A DNA stretch of 64,000 nucleotides from an uncultured Gemmatimonadaceae bacterium (lineage in GTDB: Bacteria > Gemmatimonadota > Gemmatimonadetes > Gemmatimonadales > Gemmatimonadaceae). The stretch's first letter is position 1; each line of letters opens with the position of its first letter. Below the pieces are notes generated by a model. That model had not been told where the DNA came from and made no database searches. It saw only the letters and a list, made by a program, of their open reading frames with translations. A program made the translations under genes and the position numbers. The stretch covers positions 1,888,001 through 1,952,000 of the forward strand of contig CAWJMB010000002.1 in assembly GCA_963843845.1 (NCBI GenBank). Reading direction: 5' to 3'. Of this stretch, positions 1 to 11,128 are shown piece by piece.

Positions 1-52
1 CCCGACCGAGTGGTACTGCGAGCGGTGCGGGGGCGAGCTGGCGGCGATGTGA
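1..52 (+). CDS. 3' end of an upstream gene ending in a zinc-ribbon-like motif (partial)
   Basis: Frame starting at 2 reads [16 protein letters not shown] then TGA at 50-52, with a CxxCG knuckle. It converges on the hairpin at 96-129. Confidence 0.55.
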   Translation, partial: PTEWYCERCGGELAAM

Positions 53-95
53 CGCCGGCACGCTTCGCCGGCCGGTGCGTAACGGATGGAACGAG

Positions 96-129
96 AACGG
101 GGCGACTTCACGATGAAGTCGCCGCCGTT
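96..129. terminator. Hairpin between convergent genes, probable bidirectional terminator
   Basis: Perfect 10-bp stem GGCGACTTCA-cga-TGAAGTCGCC (101-123), extended by AACGG/CCGTT. Confidence 0.7.
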
Positions 130-150
130 TCGTGTCCTGCCCGACGACGG

Positions 151-400
151 TTACGCCGGCGCCGGCCGCCGCCTTGCGGGCGAGCTGACGCTTGTGGCGC
201 GCCGCCTTGTTCTTGTGGATCAGCCCCTTGCGCGCGGCGCGGTCGAGCAGGCTCACGGCGTTCACGACGTCGCCGTCGGGCGCGGCGTCGGCGCGGGCCT
301 TCTTGAGCGCGGTGCGCAGCGCCGAGCGCTGCGCGCGATTGCGCACCGCCGCGGCGCGCGACTTCCGCATGTTCTTCTTGGCGGAGGCGATGTTCGGCAC
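151..400 (-). CDS. rpsT: 30S ribosomal protein S20 (+1 indel just before the TAA)
   Basis: GTG at 400 reads [34 protein letters not shown]...[20 protein letters not shown]. The TAA at 153-151 is one base out of frame, so the gene is missing from the ORF track. Confidence 0.95.
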
Positions 401-457
401 TGACAGGTTTCTCTGGAGGGAATCGCGCCGCGCAGTCGCACGTCGCGCGAGCCCGAA

Positions 458-486
458 AGTGTACCCGCCACGGGCGCGCATGTCAA
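458..486 (-). promoter_or_regulatory. sigma70-type promoter of rpsT
   Basis: Minus strand TTGACA (486-481), 17-nt spacer, TACACT (463-458). Confidence 0.8.
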
Positions 487-615
487 GCAGTGACAGCGAG
501 TTGGGCGCCTCGACGGCTTGACCCCTCGCAGGCGGGTGGGGTTAGCTTTCCCCGCTCGCTGCCCGGCATGCCGCGCTCCGTCGCCGCGGCCGGCAGCTCC
601 CTCTCCGATTCTCTC

Positions 616-1295
616 GTGGACTTCACGGAACTCCTGCTCGTCGCGCCGGTCCTGCTGTTGTCGATGGTCGCGCACGAGTACGCGCACGGCTACGCGGCGT
701 TCCGGCAGGGCGACCCGACGGCGTACCAGCTCGGCCGGCTCACCTGGAATCCGGTCGAAGCACATCGATCCGTTCATGACGATCGTCCTCCCGCTCATGC
801 TGGCGTATCTGCACCAGCCGATTCTTGGGCGGGGCGAAGCCGGTCCCGGTGAACCCGCGCAATTACCGGGACTACAAGCGCGGGGACATCATCGTGTCGC
901 TCGCCGGCATCGTCACGAATCTCGCGCTGGCGGTGCTCTTCGCCATCCTCGTCGTGCCGCTCGGTCTGCTGGGTCGCGCGTTTCCAGGAGCCGAACGCTC
1001 GTTCGGGATCCTGCAGGCGATGATGGTGCAGGGGATCGGGATCAACCTCGTGCTCGCGTTCTTCAACCTGCTGCCGATTCCGCCGCTCGACGGCTCGCAC
1101 GTCATGAAGTACCTCCTGCCCCCGGCGTGGGGGCTGCGCTATGCGCAGCTCGGCCGGTACGGGCTCCTGATCGTCTTTCTCATGCTGTCGTTCGGGGGAC
1201 GGCTGCTGTCGGCGTGGCTGCTGCCGGCGGGGGTGCTGTACGGCGTCGCGCGCGGCGCGCTGCAGCCGTATTTCCTCCCGCTGCCGAATCTGTGA
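616..1295 (+). CDS. Site-2 protease family (M50) membrane metalloprotease, 2 apparent frameshifts
   Basis: HEYAH zinc motif, GDPT..GRLTWNP..HIDP, GGAKPVPVNP and NLLPIPPLDG are spread over three frames, with shifts near 755 and 828. Confidence 0.9.
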
Positions 1296-2047
1296 CACTT
1301 CCGCTCGGCGGACTCGACGACGGGGATGCGGGGATCGGAACGTTCGTCGTCGAGCTGGCGCAGTTCTCGGGGCCGCTCGATCTGCTGCTGTCGCTGATTC
1401 GCGACGAGCAGATCGACATCTACGACATTCCGATCGCCAGGGTCGCAGAGCAGTTCCTCGCGTCGGTGCGAACGCTCGCGCTCGACGAGGCGGCGGACTA
1501 TCTCGAGATGGCGGCTCGTCTGCTCCGCATCAAGGCTCAATTGCTCCTCCCGCGGAGCGGCGACGAGGAGACGTGGGACGATCCCCGTGGTGAGCTGGTG
1601 CGGCGCCTCCTCGAGTATCAGCAGGTGCGCGAGGTCGTCGAGCACCTCGAGCGACTGGGCGAGGAGCGGCGGCAGCGTTTCTCCCGCGCGCCGTTCACCG
1701 CGGCGCTCGTGTCGACGACGGCCGCTGCGCCGCTCGCGCTGTCGCTCGGTGAGCTGCTGTCCGCCGTCGACCGCGTGTTGCGCGCGGCGCGTCAGCCGAC
1801 GGTGCACGACGTCGTGCCGCGCGCGATCGACGTGGCGGCGGCGATCACGACCGTCCGCGCGTTGCTCGCCATCCGCGCGCGTGCGCGGTGGGGCGACGTG
1901 GTCGCGGCGAGCGCGGAACCGTGGGAGGTGCTCAGCGTGCTGCTGGCCCTCCTCGAAATGGCGAAGCTCGGCGAGCTGCGCCTTCACCAGTCCAGACCGT
2001 TCGCCACGGTGGAGATCGCGCGTGAGTCCGCTAGCCAAGCTGCTTGA
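1292..2047 (+). CDS. scpA: Segregation and condensation protein A
   Basis: FSGPLDLLLSLIRDEQIDIYDIPIA, YLEMAARLLRIKA and LALLEMAK motifs. GTG overlaps the previous stop. Confidence 0.93.
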   Translation: MTLPLGGLDDGDAGIGTFVVELAQFSGPLDLLLSLIRDEQIDIYDIPIARVAEQFLASVRTLALDEAADYLEMAARLLRIKAQLLLPRSGDEETWDDPRGELVRRLLEYQQVREVVEHLERLGEERRQRFSRAPFTAALVSTTAAAPLALSLGELLSAVDRVLRAARQPTVHDVVPRAIDVAAAITTVRALLAIRARARWGDVVAASAEPWEVLSVLLALLEMAKLGELRLHQSRPFATVEIARESASQAA

Positions 2048-2570
2048 GGCCGCGCTGTTCGCGAGCGCACGCCCGGTGACGTACGACGAGCTGCGCGCCC
2101 TCGACGCGACGAGCGACGAGCAGTCGCTCGAGGCGGCGCTCGACGAGCTGCATGCGCACTACGATCACCCCGACGACGGACACGCGTTCGAGCTCGTTGA
2201 ACAGGGTGGCGGCTGGCAACTGCTCACGCGCCCCGAATTCGCCGAGGCCATCGAACGGGCGCAGCTCGCGCAGCGGCCGCAGCGGCTGTCGGCGGCATCG
2301 CTCGAGACGCTCGCCATCGTCGCATATCGTCAGCCGATCGGGCGCGCGGAGATCGAGGAGATTCGCGGCGTGTCGGTCGGGGGCGTGCTGAAGATGCTGC
2401 TCGAGCGGGGGCTGGTCGATGTGATCGGTCGGTCCGAGGGGCTCGGCCGGCCGCTGCTATACGGAACGACGCCGACATTCCTCGAGCAGTTCGCCCTGCG
2501 GCATCTCGAGGAGTTGCCGAGGGCGGACGAGCTGGCCATCGCACTGCGGACGGAGCCGCGACCGTTATGA
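2022..2570 (+). CDS. scpB: Segregation and condensation protein B
   Basis: LEAALFAS, LETLAIVAYRQPI.RAEIEEIRGV and GRPLLYGTT..FLEQF motifs. Confidence 0.95.
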   Translation: MSPLAKLLEAALFASARPVTYDELRALDATSDEQSLEAALDELHAHYDHPDDGHAFELVEQGGGWQLLTRPEFAEAIERAQLAQRPQRLSAASLETLAIVAYRQPIGRAEIEEIRGVSVGGVLKMLLERGLVDVIGRSEGLGRPLLYGTTPTFLEQFALRHLEELPRADELAIALRTEPRPL

Positions 2571-4246
2571 GCGTACGGAAGCAGGGAAGACCACCTCGTC
2601 GTGACGACGACCGGCCGCGACGGCCCGCGCGCGACGACGAACGACCGCGGCGTCCGCGCTCCGGCGGCGACACGCGCCCCCCGCGCCCGGAGCGAGGCGA
2701 GGGGGACCGATCGGGTCGGCCGACACGCGGAAGCGCAGGTGGACGTCCGTCACGCCCGCCGCGGGTCGACGAGGGGCCGCGCCGATTCGCGCGCGATGAC
2801 AAGCCTCGCGCGCCCACGCGGAACTGGACGTACGGCGAGGGGGGCCGGGGACGTGACGACGCAGGCGACGCGGTCGGGTCGTCGGACCGCGGCGAACGGC
2901 GACCGGCGCGCGAGGCCCGCGACCGCGACGCTGAGTCGGTCGCGCGGCCGATGCGACCGCACGTCGAGCGGCCGCGGCCCGATCGCCCGCGGTCGGACCG
3001 CGCGCAGTCGGACCGCGCGCAGTCGGACCGTCCGCGGTCGGATCGTCCGCAGTCGGATCGTCCGCTCGCCGTGCGTCGGACCGTCCGCGGTCGGACCGTC
3101 CGCGGTCGACGTCCGCGGCGGCCGGCGGGCGGGGGGCTGGCGCGTCCTGCGCGGCCGCGCGTCGACGAGTCCCGCGTCGAGCGCTCGCGCGACGAGGGGC
3201 CGCGTGGCGAGCGTCCGCGTGGCGAGCGGCCGCGCGGGGAGGAATCGCGTGGCACCGGGGCGCGTCCTGACCGCGCACGCTCGTCGTGGCCGGGTTCCGA
3301 GCGCGGCCGTCTGGAGCGACCGCGCCCCGATCGGGCGGGGGCCGCGAAGCCGGGCGATGCGCGTGCCCGGCCGGCGCGCTCGTCGGCGGATGCGGGGAGA
3401 CCGGTGCGACCGGCACGACCAGCCCGCCCTCCGCGTCCGAGCACCGATCGCGGTGCCACGCATTCGGCGCCGCGCCTCGAGCCGGGCCGGCCAGCGGCCC
3501 GTGGACTGATGCGGGTGCAGCGCGCGCTCGCGCGGGCCGGCGTCGCGTCGCGTCGTGAGGCGGAGACGCTGGTCGAGGAAGGGCGGGTGCTCGTGAACGG
3601 CGTCGTCGCGACGATCGGACAGACCGTGGATCCGGAGCGCGACGCGATCACGCTCGACGGCGCGCGCGTCGGAGCGCCGGCGGCGGCGCAGTGGATCGTG
3701 CTGCACAAGCCGCCGGCGGTGCTCACGACGCGGAAGGACGAGGAGGGGCGCGCGACGGTGTTCGATCTGGTGCCCGACTGGCCAGGGCTCACGTACGTGG
3801 GCCGCCTCGATTTCATGACCGAGGGCGTGCTGCTTCTCACCACCGACGGCGAGGCGGCGCACCGACTCACCCACCCGAGCAGCGAGGTCGAGCGCATCTA
3901 CGTCGCCGTGGTCCGGGGAAACGCGCCCGAGGCGGTGCGCATGGCGCGCCGCGGCGTCGAGCTCGAGGACGGCGTCGTGACGCCCGTGTCGATGGAGGCG
4001 CATCCTGCCGGAGCCCGTCGCTGGGAAGTGGAGATCACCATCACCGAGGGGCGTACGCGCGAGGTGCGGCGCCTCTGCGAGGCACTCGGCCTCGAGGTCG
4101 AACGACTGGTGCGCGTCCAGTTCGGCCCGGTGAAGCTCGGCCAGCTTCCGGCGGGGAAGACCCGAGCGCTGACGCCGACCGAGCGGCGAACCGTGCAGGC
4201 CCTCGTGCGAACCTCGCGTGACAGCGAGGGTATGCGGCGGAGTTGA
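2567..4246 (+). CDS. rluB: Pseudouridine synthase (RluB/RsuA family) with a long Arg-rich N-terminal extension
   Basis: S4 domain [19 protein letters not shown] from about 3509, catalytic VGRLD, and EGRTREVRR. It follows scpAB, as rluB usually does. Confidence 0.88.
   Translation: MSVRKQGRPPRRDDDRPRRPARDDERPRRPRSGGDTRPPRPERGEGDRSGRPTRGSAGGRPSRPPRVDEGPRRFARDDKPRAPTRNWTYGEGGRGRDDAGDAVGSSDRGERRPAREARDRDAESVARPMRPHVERPRPDRPRSDRAQSDRAQSDRPRSDRPQSDRPLAVRRTVRGRTVRGRRPRRPAGGGLARPARPRVDESRVERSRDEGPRGERPRGERPRGEESRGTGARPDRARSSWPGSERGRLERPRPDRAGAAKPGDARARPARSSADAGRPVRPARPARPPRPSTDRGATHSAPRLEPGRPAARGLMRVQRALARAGVASRREAETLVEEGRVLVNGVVATIGQTVDPERDAITLDGARVGAPAAAQWIVLHKPPAVLTTRKDEEGRATVFDLVPDWPGLTYVGRLDFMTEGVLLLTTDGEAAHRLTHPSSEVERIYVAVVRGNAPEAVRMARRGVELEDGVVTPVSMEAHPAGARRWEVEITITEGRTREVRRLCEALGLEVERLVRVQFGPVKLGQLPAGKTRALTPTERRTVQALVRTSRDSEGMRRS
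2981..3120 (+). repeat. Degenerate 15-bp tandem repeat encoding SDR(P/A)(R/Q)
   Basis: About 8 units of the type GACCGCGCGCAGTCG / GACCGTCCGCGGTCG / GATCGTCCGCAGTCG. Confidence 0.85.
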
Positions 4247-4277
4247 CAGGCGTATCTCGAACCCGGAGCACGAAGAC

Positions 4278-5256
4278 GTGGCGACGATGATCGCGCCCGC
4301 GTCCGCCGACGCGGCGCTGGTGCAGGGCGTGGCGCAGCAGGTCGCGCGACGAGTCGTGGGGCAGGAGTACATGGTCGAGCGGCTGCTCATCGGGCTGCTC
4401 ACCGGTGGGCACGTGCTGCTCGAGGGCGTTCCGGGGCTCGCGAAGACGCTCACCGTGCGCACGCTGGCCGAGACGATCAGCACGACGTTCCAGCGTATCC
4501 AGTTCACCCCCGACCTGCTGCCGGCGGACGTCGTCGGCACGCAGGTCTTCGATCAGGGCACGGGGCAGCTTCAGCGTCAAGAAGGGGCCGATCTTCGCGA
4601 ACATCCTGCTCGCCGACGAGATCAACCGCGCGCCGGCGAAGGTGCAGTCGGCGCTGCTCGAAGCGATGCAGGAGAAGCAGGTGACGATCGGCGGCGAGAC
4701 GTTCCGCCTCGACGAGCCGTTCCTCGTGCTCGCGACGCAGAATCCGATCGAGCAGGAAGGGACGTACCCGCTCCCCGAGGCGCAGCTCGACCGCTTCATG
4801 CTGAAGCTGCGCGTCGGGTATCCGTCGCGCGACGAGGAGAAGGAGATCATGCGGCGCATGGCCGGCGGGGCGCCCATCTCGATCTCGCCCGCTGCGACGC
4901 CGGAGCAGATCCTCGACGCGCGCCGCCGCATCGCGGAGCTGTACATGGACGAGCGGATCGTCGACTACATCGTCGAGATCGTGCATGCGACGCGGGCGCC
5001 GGCCGAAGCCGGACTGACGGACATCGCACCGCTCATCGAGTTCGGCGCGAGCCCACGCGCGTCGATCGCGCTCGCGCAGGCGTCCCGGGCGCACGCGTTT
5101 CTGCGCGGCCGCACGTTCGTGACGCCGGACGACGTGAAGGCGATCGCGGCCGACGTGCTTCGGCACCGGGTGCTGACGTCGTTCGAGGCGGACGCCGAGG
5201 AAGTGACGAGCGACGACATCGTGACGCGGGTGCTCGCGCGCGTCGAGAGTCCGTGA
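4278..5256 (+). CDS. MoxR-family AAA+ ATPase (frameshift about 4565)
   Basis: [45 protein letters not shown] and [26 protein letters not shown] lies upstream of the GTG. Confidence 0.93.
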
Positions 5257-6179
5257 GCGTCGCGCCCGCGCGCCGACAGAGCGATCCGCGGGCGCGCATC
5301 TCGCCGGAGGTGCTGCGTCAGATTCGCCACATCGACGTGCGCACGCGCGGGCTCGTGAACTCCCTCTTCGCCGGGGAGTACCGCTCCGTCTTCAAGGGGC
5401 AGGGGATGGAGTTCGCCGAGGTGCGCGAGTACATGCCCGGCGACGAGGTGCGGTCGATCGACTGGAACGTCACGGCGCGCATGCGCCGGCCCTTCGTGCG
5501 GCGATACGAGGAAGAACGAGAGCTGACCGTGATGCTCGCCGTGGACCTGTCGGGTTCGGAACGGTTCGGCACGGCGCGGCGATTCAAGAGCGAGCTGGCG
5601 ACGGAGCTGGCGGCGGTGCTCGCGCTCTCGGCGGTGCGCAACAACGATCGCGTCGGCGCGCTGCTGTTCACCGATCGGATCGAGAAGGTCGTGCGCCCGC
5701 GGAAGGGGCGGCGGCACGCGCTGCGACTGCTGCGCGACGTGCTCGTCACCGAGCCGGACGGCACGGGGACGAGCATCGCGACCGCCGCGGACTACCTCGG
5801 GCGGCTGCTCACGCACAAGGCGATCGTCTTCATCATCTCCGACTTCCAGGACTCGGCGCTCGAGACGCCACTCAAGCGCCTCGCGCTGCGGCACGACGTC
5901 GTCGCCGTGAGCGTTGAGGATCCCGCGGAAGTCGAGCTGCCGGACGTCGGGCTCGCGCGCTTCGTCGACCCGGAGAGCGGCGTCGTCGTCGAGCGTGACA
6001 CGGGCGATCCGGCCGTGCGGGCGTGGTTCGCCCAGCGAGTCGCGGCCGATCGCGACGCGCGGCGGCGGCTGCTGCGGCGACTCGCGATCGATGAGGTCGA
6101 GGTGCGGACGGCCGACGGGTACGTCGAGCCGCTCCTCAAGTTCTTCCGCTCGCGCGAGACGCGGGCTCGGCGCGGATGA
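5253..6179 (+). CDS. DUF58 domain protein
   Basis: [32 protein letters not shown] and ISDF motifs, directly after moxR. Confidence 0.92.
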   Translation: MSVAPARRQSDPRARISPEVLRQIRHIDVRTRGLVNSLFAGEYRSVFKGQGMEFAEVREYMPGDEVRSIDWNVTARMRRPFVRRYEEERELTVMLAVDLSGSERFGTARRFKSELATELAAVLALSAVRNNDRVGALLFTDRIEKVVRPRKGRRHALRLLRDVLVTEPDGTGTSIATAADYLGRLLTHKAIVFIISDFQDSALETPLKRLALRHDVVAVSVEDPAEVELPDVGLARFVDPESGVVVERDTGDPAVRAWFAQRVAADRDARRRLLRRLAIDEVEVRTADGYVEPLLKFFRSRETRARRG

Positions 6180-7211
6180 CACGCCCCGGCGCCGCGCTCG
6201 TCGCGTTGCTGTGCGCGATCGGCACGCCGGCGCTGTACGCGCAGCCCATCGGGAGTTCCGTCCGCGCCGGCGTCACGCGTGCTCCCGGACACGGTGACGA
6301 TCGGCGACGTCTTCGTGGTGAAGGTCCGCGTGCAGGCGGCGGCGGGCACGCGGGTCGTGTTCCCGCCGCCTCCCGACACGGCGAGCCCGGTCCAGGCGCA
6401 CGACCCGATTCGCCTCGACACGATCCAGAGTCCCGCGGGCGCGCTGGATCTCGTCGCGACCTACCGGGTCGCCGCCTGGGACGTGGGGACGCTTCCGTTG
6501 GGCCTCGGCGACGTCCTGGTCGGAGCGCCGGGAGACGAGCGTCGGGTCGCGCTCGGCGCGTACTCGGTGTTCGTCGAGAGCGTGCTGCCGGCCGACACGA
6601 CGCTCCGCGTGCCGAAGCCGCCGCGCGATCCGCTCCCGGATGCGCCGTCGCTGTGGATCAGATGGTGGCCGTGGATCGTCGCCGCGCTCGTCGCGCTGGC
6701 GCTCGCCGCGTGGCGCCTGTACCGGTGGTGGTCCGCGCGCCGCGACCGCCGAGTCGACGACGACCCGCACGCCCGCGCGCGCGCCGAGTTCGAACGACTC
6801 GAGCGCATGCGACTCGTCGAGGCGGGCGAGGGCGGACGGCTCGTCGCGCTGTCGAGCGACGTCGTGCGCGACTATCTCGCGGTGCGGGTGCCCGACGCGT
6901 CCGCGTCGCTGACGTCGACGGAGGTCGACCGCGTCGTGCGCGACCGCGACGACGTGCCGCACGAACAGTTGGGCACCTTCCTCGGCTTCGCCGACCTCGT
7001 GAAGTTCGCGGCGCGCCGGGTCACCGCGGAGTCGGCTCGGCAGGCGTTCGCGGAGGCGCGCGCGATCGTCGACGCCACGGAGAGCGGCATCACTGCCCGT
7101 CTCGCGCACGAGGCCGCGACGGCAGCGGCGCGCACGCGCGCGGCGGAGTCTGAGGCGCGTCGCTACGAGGACGAGCGGCGTCGCGCGTCGACTCGGCGAG
7201 ACGCGGCATGA
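6176..7211 (+). CDS. Bat-cluster exported/membrane protein (frameshift about 6280)
   Basis: Signal peptide, PDTVTIGD beta-rich domain, TM segment [17 protein letters not shown], and C-terminal LTSTE...ADLVKFA typical of the gene after DUF58. Confidence 0.7.
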
Positions 7212-8911
7212 GCTGGCTTCGCTACTTCCAGGCGCCGTGGCTGCTCGCGCTCGCGATCATGCTGCCGCTCGCCTCGGTCGCGCTCGCCGTCGCGTGGGTG
7301 CGGCGGCGCGCGACGCGGGTGGCGCGCATGGGCGCGGACGCACTCGTCGCGCGGCTGGCGCCCGGGCTCGCGTCGCGTGGCACCCGCTGGCGCGCCGCGC
7401 GACTGGGCGGGGCGCTCGCACTCGCGGCCCTGGCGCTCGCGGGGCCGCGATGGGGCACCGAGCGCTCGCTGATTCAGACGTCGGGCGTGGACATCGTCCT
7501 CGCGCTCGACGCGTCGCTGTCGATGATGGCGACCGACGAGCGGCCGAACCGGCTCACACGCATGAAGCAGGAAGTCACGCGCCTGCGCGCGCTCACGCCC
7601 GGCGACCGGGTCGCGCTCCTCGCGTTCGCCGGGCGCAGCTACATCCTGACGCCGCTGACGACCGACGACGGAGCGTTGAGCCTCTTTCTCGACAACCTCG
7701 ATCCGACCGTGGTCGGGCAGGCGGGCAGCTCGCTCGCGCGTGCGATCCGGCAGGGGACGGAGCTGTTGCAGAGCACGCGCGGTGGCGGCGCCGACCGCGC
7801 GATCGTCGTCATGAGCGACGGCGAGGCGTTCGAGCCGGAGGACGACGTGCGCGAGGCCGCGCGACAGGCGGCGGACGCCGGGATCATCGTCGTCACCGTC
7901 GGCTTCGGGTCCACCGACGGCACGACGATCCCGATCGTCGAGGACGACGAGCCGACCATCAAGCGGGATGAGAGCGGCAACGCCGTCGTCACGCGCTACG
8001 TGCCCGACCTCCTGCGGGCCGCGGCTGAGGCTGGTGGGGGCACGTTCGTGCCGTCCGAGGCGACCGACAAGGCAGCGCGCGTTCGCGCGGCGCTGGGCAG
8101 CCTGCGCGCGCAACGACGGACCGTGGCCACGGCGAACGATCTGACTCCGCGCTTCCAGCTCTTCGTCGCGCCAGCGCTGCTGCTGCTGCTGCTCGACGGG
8201 TGGTTCGCGCTGCGTCGCAGAGGGGGGGCGCGCCGGACGCCTTCCGTCGCGGCGGCGCGCGCGGCCTCGCTCGTCGCGCTCGTGCTGCTGCCCGTGGTGA
8301 GCGGTTGCACCCGTCGCACGATCCCCGACGACGCGCTCACCCTCTACGCCAATCGCAACTACGTCGGCGCGCTCGCGGTGTACCGGGAGCGGGCGAAGGG
8401 AGCTGCCACGCCGGTCGCGTCGTACAACCTCGGGACGACGCTGCTCGCGGCCGATTCGATCGTCGCGGCGCGCCAGTCGCTCGATCGTGCGCGGCAGGCG
8501 CCGGATACGGCGGTCAGGTGGCGCGCGCAGTTCAACCTCGGGCTCGCGCACCTGCGCCTCGGACTCGCCCAGGGACCCGACAGTGGCGCGACCGACCTCG
8601 ACGCGGCGCTCGCGCTCTACAAGCAGGTGCTCATGGCGCATCCGGACGACGCCGACGCGAAGTGGAACTACGAGCTGGCGCTGCGGAAGAAGAAGTCCGG
8701 CGGCGGAGGTGGTGGCGGCGGTGGGGGCGGGGGGCAGGGATCGCCCCCGCCGCAGGGTCCGCCCGACGAGCAGCAGCGCCCGTCCGGAGGACTCGGCCAG
8801 CGCCAGGCGGAGGAGCTGCTGAACGCCGCGGCGCGCGACGAGCGGGACGTGCAGGGAAAGAAGCAGCGCACGAACCGGCCCCCGCCGCCGCCTGGCGGCA
8901 AGGACTGGTAG
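7208..8911 (+). CDS. VWA + TPR protein (BatB-BatC-like fusion)
   Basis: ALAGPRWG, MIDAS motif LDASLSM, PLTTD, MSDGE, then TPRs YNLGT, FNLG, DAKWNYELAL and a C-terminal KDW. Confidence 0.85.
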   Translation: MSWLRYFQAPWLLALAIMLPLASVALAVAWVRRRATRVARMGADALVARLAPGLASRGTRWRAARLGGALALAALALAGPRWGTERSLIQTSGVDIVLALDASLSMMATDERPNRLTRMKQEVTRLRALTPGDRVALLAFAGRSYILTPLTTDDGALSLFLDNLDPTVVGQAGSSLARAIRQGTELLQSTRGGGADRAIVVMSDGEAFEPEDDVREAARQAADAGIIVVTVGFGSTDGTTIPIVEDDEPTIKRDESGNAVVTRYVPDLLRAAAEAGGGTFVPSEATDKAARVRAALGSLRAQRRTVATANDLTPRFQLFVAPALLLLLLDGWFALRRRGGARRTPSVAAARAASLVALVLLPVVSGCTRRTIPDDALTLYANRNYVGALAVYRERAKGAATPVASYNLGTTLLAADSIVAARQSLDRARQAPDTAVRWRAQFNLGLAHLRLGLAQGPDSGATDLDAALALYKQVLMAHPDDADAKWNYELALRKKKSGGGGGGGGGGGGQGSPPPQGPPDEQQRPSGGLGQRQAEELLNAAARDERDVQGKKQRTNRPPPPPGGKDW

Positions 8912-8914
8912 GCG

Positions 8915-11083
8915 GTGCGCGCTCTCGCCATCGTCGCGTCGCTCCTCATCGCGGGAGCGGCCGTCGCGCAGCCGCCCCACCCGAACATCGTCGACCGCGC
9001 GCATGTCGATCCGAGCAAGGGGATCAACTTCCACGCGCTCGCGACTCCGGACACGGTGTACGTCGGTCAGCAGTCGACGTACCAGGTCGGTGTCTTCCTC
9101 GACGAAGTCGTTCGCATGAGACTCCGTCGGAACCCGGAGTTCCTGCCGCCCGAGCTGCGCGGCCTGCTCGCGTACGATCTGCCGGCCGGCCGCGCGTCGC
9201 TACGCGATCGCGCCATCGCCGGCAAGCGGTGGGACGTCCACGTCTTTCAGCGTGCCGTCTTCCCGCTCGAGCCGGGGCGCACGGACATCCCCGGCGCGCA
9301 GCTCACCTACTCGTTGCCGCTCTCGGTCGGCTTCTTCTCTCGCGAGGAGAGCTACACCGCGCGTGCGGAACGCGCCTCGATCGTCGCCATGGATCCGCCG
9401 ACGTCGGGGCGTCCCGCCGAGTGGAATGGCGCGGTCGGGGTGTTGAGCGTGGTGGCGCGCGTGGACACGACGACATCGCGCGTCGGCGACTCGTTCATCG
9501 CGACCCTGCGCGTCGCGGGGACGGCGAACGTGAAGCTGCTGCCGCGTCCGCCGCTCAGCATTCCATGGGCCAGCGCCGTGCCGAGCGAGGAACGTGTCTT
9601 CGTCGACTCGACGTCGCTGCTCGTGCGTGGCGCGAAGGAGTTCGACTGGATCGTGACGCCGACGGCGGCCGGAAACCGGACCTTCCCCGCGGTGCGCTAC
9701 GCGTACTTCGATCCGTACGCGAGGCGCTACGACGTCGCGACGACGATCGAGGTCCCCGTGCTCGTCGTGCCCGGGGCGCTCGCGACGATCGCCGCGACGC
9801 GCGAGGACACGACGCCCGCGCTCGCCATCCGGCGTGTCGATCGCGGGCCTGTGTCGCCCCCGCTGCCGTCGCGCGCCGCGTTCTGGATCATCGCGGCGCT
9901 CGCGCCGCTGCCGGCGGCGACGCTCGTCGCGCGCCGGCGCCCGCAGCGGCGCGCCGCGCGGCGACGCGCCCTGCCGCCCGCGACTCGGCTTCGCGAGCTG
10001 ACGCGCGATCCGGCGGCGGACGTCGCCGACGTTCGGCGCACCTTCTCGGCGCGTTCGGCGACCGGATCGCGTCGACCGGGGTGTCGACGTCGTTCGGCGA
10101 CGCGCGCCCGCGCTCGCTCGTGCGGCGGCTGCGGCGGGCTGGAGTCACTGCGGACGCGGCGGACGCCGTGGAGCGACTCACGCAGCGCTTCGACGCGCTC
10201 GCCTATTCGGCCCGCGACGGAACCGCGTCGCCGACGAGCACGTCGGCGCGCGAGCTCGCGGTGGAAGCGAACGCGCTGTTCGCCCTCGTCGACGTGCAGG
10301 CCCGCCCGCGCGAGGAGCTCGCCCAGCGAGTGCGGACGCGGGTCGTCGCTCGTGTCGCGCGCCCGACCGTTCTCGCGCTCGTCTGCGCGCTCCCGTTCGG
10401 AGTGCCGAACGCGTTCGCGGCGCTGCAACCCGCCTCGCCGTTCGCCGCCGGCGTCGCGGCGTACGAGGCGCGTGACTTCGCCGAAGCCGCGACGCTGTTC
10501 GACGAGGCTGCGCGCGCCGAGTCGCTCTCGCCGGACGCGTGGGCGAACGCCGGCACCGCGGCGTGGGCGGTGAACGACACGCTCGGGGCCGCGCTGGGGT
10601 GGCAGCGCGCGCTCCGTCTCGAGCCGCGGGCGGGCGAGCTTCGGACGCGGCTCTCGCTGCTCCCGACTTCTCAGGACGGCTCGGTCGCCGGGGTGCCGCC
10701 GCTCCCGCTCGACTGGGCCGCCGCGATGGGGCTCGGCTTGTGGATCGTGGCCTGTGCCGCGATCACCGGTCGCGCTCGCACGTCGCGGAACCGACGCGCC
10801 GCTTCTCGCCCTCGCCTCGGTGGCCGCCCTCGGCGCGTCCGTCACCGCGGCGCTCTGCGTCCAGCTCGGCGCGGTCCGCGCGGCGCGCGACATCGCGATC
10901 GTCACCGTCGCAGGGGCCCTCCGCGCCGAGCCGATCCTCGGCGCCGATCGCACGGGTGTCGTCGAGCGAACCGATGTGGCGTACGTACGCAGCCGCCGCT
11001 CCGTGTGGACGCGCGTCACGCTCGACGGCGGCCGCGACGGCTGGATCGAGAGCGAGCGGCTCACGTCTCTCGCCCCGCAGTAG
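8915..11083 (+). CDS. BatD-like Ig-fold protein joined to BatE-like TPR and SH3-like domains (frameshifts about 10045 and 10780)
   Basis: TVYVGQQ, WNGAVG and YAYFDP (BatD-like), then AAYEARDFAEA...AWANAG..WQRALRLEP (TPR) and WTRVTLDGGRDGWIE (SH3-like). Confidence 0.75.
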
Positions 11084-11128
11084 CCGAGCACCGCACGACC
11101 GACCGCGCCGTACAGGTACATTCGCTCC

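Noticed and set aside
518..548. TTGACC...TAGCTT promoter for the S2P-scpAB operon
   Set aside because: The spacer is 19 nt. It is plausible only if indels are present, so it was not called.
616..1295. Site-2 protease as the dedicated protease for the anti-sigma at 17137
   Set aside because: It is 16 kb away with a probable internal promoter between them, and this small M50 type commonly sits beside scpAB. There is no specific evidence for the link.
518..2047. Apparent 509-aa protease-ScpA fusion, and similarly MoxR-DUF58 (4218-6179) and MiaA-BshA (13034-15019)
   Set aside because: Artifacts of frameshifts plus stop-poor frames. Each downstream gene has its own start overlapping the upstream stop.
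2981..3120. Repeat array as a possible CRISPR
   Set aside because: Contiguous 15-bp units without spacers, inside a CDS, and no cas genes.
8698..8735. G-rich run as a G-quadruplex or contingency locus
   Set aside because: It encodes a poly-Gly linker in the usual low-complexity region of BatC-like proteins.
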